Assembly: GCA_026914245.1 (NCBI GenBank)
Contig: CP110439.1
Coordinates: 5,642,001 to 5,706,000 of the forward strand
Source: Puccinia triticina
Taxonomy: Eukaryota
Length of the DNA stretch: 64,000 nt
Direction: 5' to 3'
The notes under the pieces were generated by a model, which was not told the DNA's origin, made no database searches, and saw only the letters and a list, made by a program, of their open reading frames with translations. This document shows, piece after piece, positions 60,768 through 64,000 of this stretch (the stretch's first letter is position 1; the number at the start of each line of letters is the position of its first letter). A program made the translations under genes and the position numbers.

Positions 60768-63209
60768 TCCAAGTATATTAAAGCCTGAGAATCATAGAAA
60801 AAAAATTCAAGGGTTCTCCCTACATATTACCAAAAATACAAAGAAAAAAATTCAGGGATTCCCCTCTGCAAAAAAAATGAGCAAAAGATTGCAGGTTTCC
60901 CCCTAAAATAAATTACAACACAAATCACATATAAAATATCACAACAAAAATCACATAGTAAAATAACTGCAACCTGCCACCCAACCAAGCTAGCCCTGGT
61001 ATCGTGGCCCACTGTCCATCCCTGTCTAGCAGGGTTAAAAAACAAGTGGGAGAATGATCCCCAGCGGTTAAGCAAAGGGGGGCCACCAAAAGATCCCCGC
61101 CAAACTGCGCAAGTGCAAAAGCAGACGGGGTGAGGCAAATCCCCTGCTGAAAACACAGCTGGGGGATTTGCCTGGCGTTCAATCGTCCACAAGGTACCTC
61201 TTTTTATACCTCATCCTTCTCCAAAGCAAGCCAACTCAACCACCAGCCACCATAAGCACCAGTCCCTACGCCACGTTGCCACGCCGAGTCCCAACGCCAC
61301 ATTGCCACACCGCCAACCGCCATGACCCTACAATCCAGCTTGGCCCAACCACCTGCCCTGCTTGCCATGGTTCCCCGACTAATCCTATCCAACCCTTCAT
61401 CGTTTCCAGCGGGACTGCCACCCACCCAAGCTCCTCAAGCCCGCGGCATCCTTCCTTCTGGACATTGTGGTTTTTGGGCGGGCATGTGCCACACACATCT
61501 CAGCAAACATGGAGCCAGGCAAGCTGCACAAGAAAATGCCGGAGGATACAGGAATGAAGTTGATCAAGGACCTCAACAAGCTCAGGAACGCTAGCGGCTC
61601 TAACCCCACCGCGCAGATCTGTCGCAAGATGCAGAGAGTCATGCAGAACAACGCCGCCGTCTTCCATACCCAATCGAGCTTTGAAGAGGGTGTCAAGAAT
61701 ATCCACAAGGATGTCGCAGTGACTGATCAAACCATGATCTTGAGCACGTATGTTTCAAGACTTCTCACTCCTTCTGATGCTCCAAGGTTTTCTGACACAA
61801 TTGGTCCTTTTTTATCAAGTGATTTGGTCCAGAATTTGGAGTCCAAAACCTGTTGACATTTGCAGCCCAGACATAGTCCTCTGCCAAAGCACAAAAGGAA
61901 TCAAGAGGCGCTTGTGCGCGCCGGGATTTCTCGGAACGAGAGGACAACAGCTGGATCAAAACACTGTTCAGTCTCTCCTTACCCTTCCATCTCACCTCTG
62001 ATGTTTCAGTTGCTCATGCTTGCTTTCTTGTTCTCTTTTTTTGGCTAGTTGTTGTGGCACAACCCTGAGTTTGGCAAGCCTGTCAAATTGACCTATTGTG
62101 ACATCATCAGCACCACCTTGTATGAAAACAAGGGCAAGAGGTTGGTCTCTCTCTCTTGCCCTTCCCGCTTATTTTCTTTGTTTTGGTTGACCTGATTTTC
62201 TATTCTTCTCGTCCTTGATTGCAGTTTTCCTCCTTTTGAACTAGCTTTCTGAAACCTCATTATCTAAGTATTGAATAACTGCCTCAATCATCACTACTCT
62301 ACTATCTTCTTTCAAATGAAAATTTTTCTTTTTTGATTCTTCTTTTTGTTAAAATTATCACAAACTTGTCTTAACACATGATAGCCATGGCTTTTTTTGT
62401 GGCTATTTCATTGAAAAAGCAGGTCCAACTTCACTTTGAACTTGCCAACCCATACACTCAGTTTCTTTGGATCAGAAAAAAAAACACCAACAACTTCAGT
62501 CCACAACATATATACTTACAGATACTAGAAATTTAGAGAACATACATATGCTAACAACACCATGTGATGGCTGATTTACGCCTTGACAGAAGAACAGGGC
62601 TACACAAATTCTACACATGTCCTGAGTGTTTATGGGGGCGCGGGAGGCAAGCTTGCATGTGCACTTGCCCAGAATATGGCAATACCCCGTATTATTGCCA
62701 ATACATGCCTTCATCCTCAGCACCCATGAAATGACCCTTGCTGTGGTGAAGGCCCAGACATCTACCATGACCATCTATGTTTTTTCTCCATTAATTTTGG
62801 AGATGTTTTGTTCTCAGTAGTAATTGAAGTGTCTTCTTTTTCATCAGTAATTCAATAAACTATACATCCAAGTTGGTTATATCTTTGTGGTTCTTCAGAG
62901 ATTTGATTAAATGTTGTAAATACCAGAGAGAGTATGATCCCAACTGCTCTTAAGATTTATATCTATTTAAAATTCAAAATCTAACTTGGTTAGCAAAATG
63001 AAGTGAACATAGCTGTGGATCAATTCTGTGCTGGTTAATTTCCTCCTGATTCAGAGTTTCTTCACAAGAATCCCTTGCACTCTGCAGGCAGGGTTAATTT
63101 GCTAATTTTGGAGAACCTAAACTTTAAGTATATTTGTGGCACTGTAAGCTAAGATGGGCTGTCAGACATTACCTTAAGAGTGCAGCGGCGAAGCCGCCTT
63201 GGCCTCTAG
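60768..63209 (+). mobile_element. Non-autonomous Helitron H4 carrying a captured SDH1 fragment
   Basis: A|TCCAAGTATATTAAAG ... GCGGCGAAGCCGCCTTGGCCTCTAG|T; removal rejoins gag in frame (IAKLNA-I-HTDINRLD). Confidence 0.92.
61455..62252 (+). pseudogene. SDH1: Captured 3' fragment of succinate dehydrogenase flavoprotein gene, introns retained
   Basis: LLDIVVFGRAC..LNKLRNASGSNPTAQI..MQRVMQNNAAVF..DVAVTDQTMI | DLVQNLE..KESRGA | WHNPEFGKPVKLTY..TTL | PPF..*; frameshifted. Confidence 0.85.
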
Positions 63210-64000
63210 TACATACTGATATTAACAGATTGGATATTACCAGTAAACTGGACCAACTTAAAATAGACAGTGAACATGAGTCAGAAAACCGTGAAACTCA
63301 AGATGAAAACATACTTGAAATAATGGACAAAGTTGATAAACTAGAACAACTCATCATACACAACAGTGACAGCATGGCAGATGAAATCATAAAAATCAAC
63401 AATAAGTTTGATGAAATGCAGAACAAGCTCATGGCTAGCATGGATAATATAGCACAAAAAATTGGCAACAATATACAAGTGCAACCCCAAATTCAGACGC
63501 CATACAAACAAGGGATGAAAGATGTACCACCACATCAATCCAGCAATCCCTTCAGAAGAATGGCAGAAGAAGAGACACCCTTGAGAAAGGAGTACACAGT
63601 CCCACAAACACCATTCTTCAAAGAACAATCATATAACCCAAGTATCCAAACTGTGAGAGATAACTCTAAAGATGTACCCAGAATTAAAGATTGGCCATCA
63701 TTTAGAGGTGAAGGAGAATATGATCACTTGGACTTTATCAAAACAATTGATTTGTACCAAGAAGAATTTGAACTGAGTGATTCCTCAATTACTGGAAGAC
63801 TTAACAGTCTCTTCAAAGGTTGTGCCAAGCGCTGGTTCACAGACCTACGCTCAACTAATGGCAAACAATCTTGGGAATGGTGGAAAGAACAAATTAACAG
63901 CAAATGGGGAAGTCCAGCATGGAGCTTCAAAATTGAAAATAAATTTGATGAGAGCACCTTTGATATTGAAAAAGACAAATCCACTTAAATGGGTAATATC

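Larger units (their letters stand above)
57793..64000 (+). mobile_element. Ty3/Gypsy element 5' part (LTR to ~58798, upstream ORFs, gag split by H4); continues beyond the window
   Basis: CA|TTTGGGGGCCTC PBS-like site at 58799. Capsid-like gag IKDWPSFRGEGEYDHLDFIKTID..GRLNSLFKGCAKRWF..WEWWKEQINSKWG. Frameshifts present. The left boundary is uncertain (57793 or 57840). Confidence 0.75.

Noticed and set aside
63134..63209. N-terminus MWHCKL...PWPLV of the 284-aa ORF
   Set aside because: This is the Helitron H4 3' end fortuitously in frame with gag.

Overview
Eukaryotic, intron-rich fungal DNA. Gene families, short GT-AG introns and TE types suggest a rust fungus (Pucciniales, probably Puccinia); this is an inference. 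The window has two halves. 1-22.4 kb is gene-rich: a deleted neurofibromin/IRA-type RasGAP pseudogene, several candidate secreted proteins (one with DLNxxP EAR-like motifs), a GMPPA-type mannose-1-phosphate guanylyltransferase, a divergent GH7, SNU114/EFTUD2 with micro-exons, and a DUF7918-like protein with three SIM-like motifs. 22.4-64 kb is a deeply nested TE graveyard whose layers can be resolved from TSDs and termini. It holds a foldback (MULE-like) element, four complete non-autonomous Helitrons of one family plus a fifth 3' end, two enzyme-less LTR elements sharing an unknown ORF domain, two decayed Copia elements, a Gypsy element, an EnSpm/CMC-like transposase followed by an OTU domain, several MITEs, and a TRIM whose LTRs each contain a tRNA-like Pol III cassette. 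One Helitron captured an intron-containing SDH1 3' end; two carry arrays of alternating inverted repeats. All calls come from reading the sequence by eye; no searches were run.
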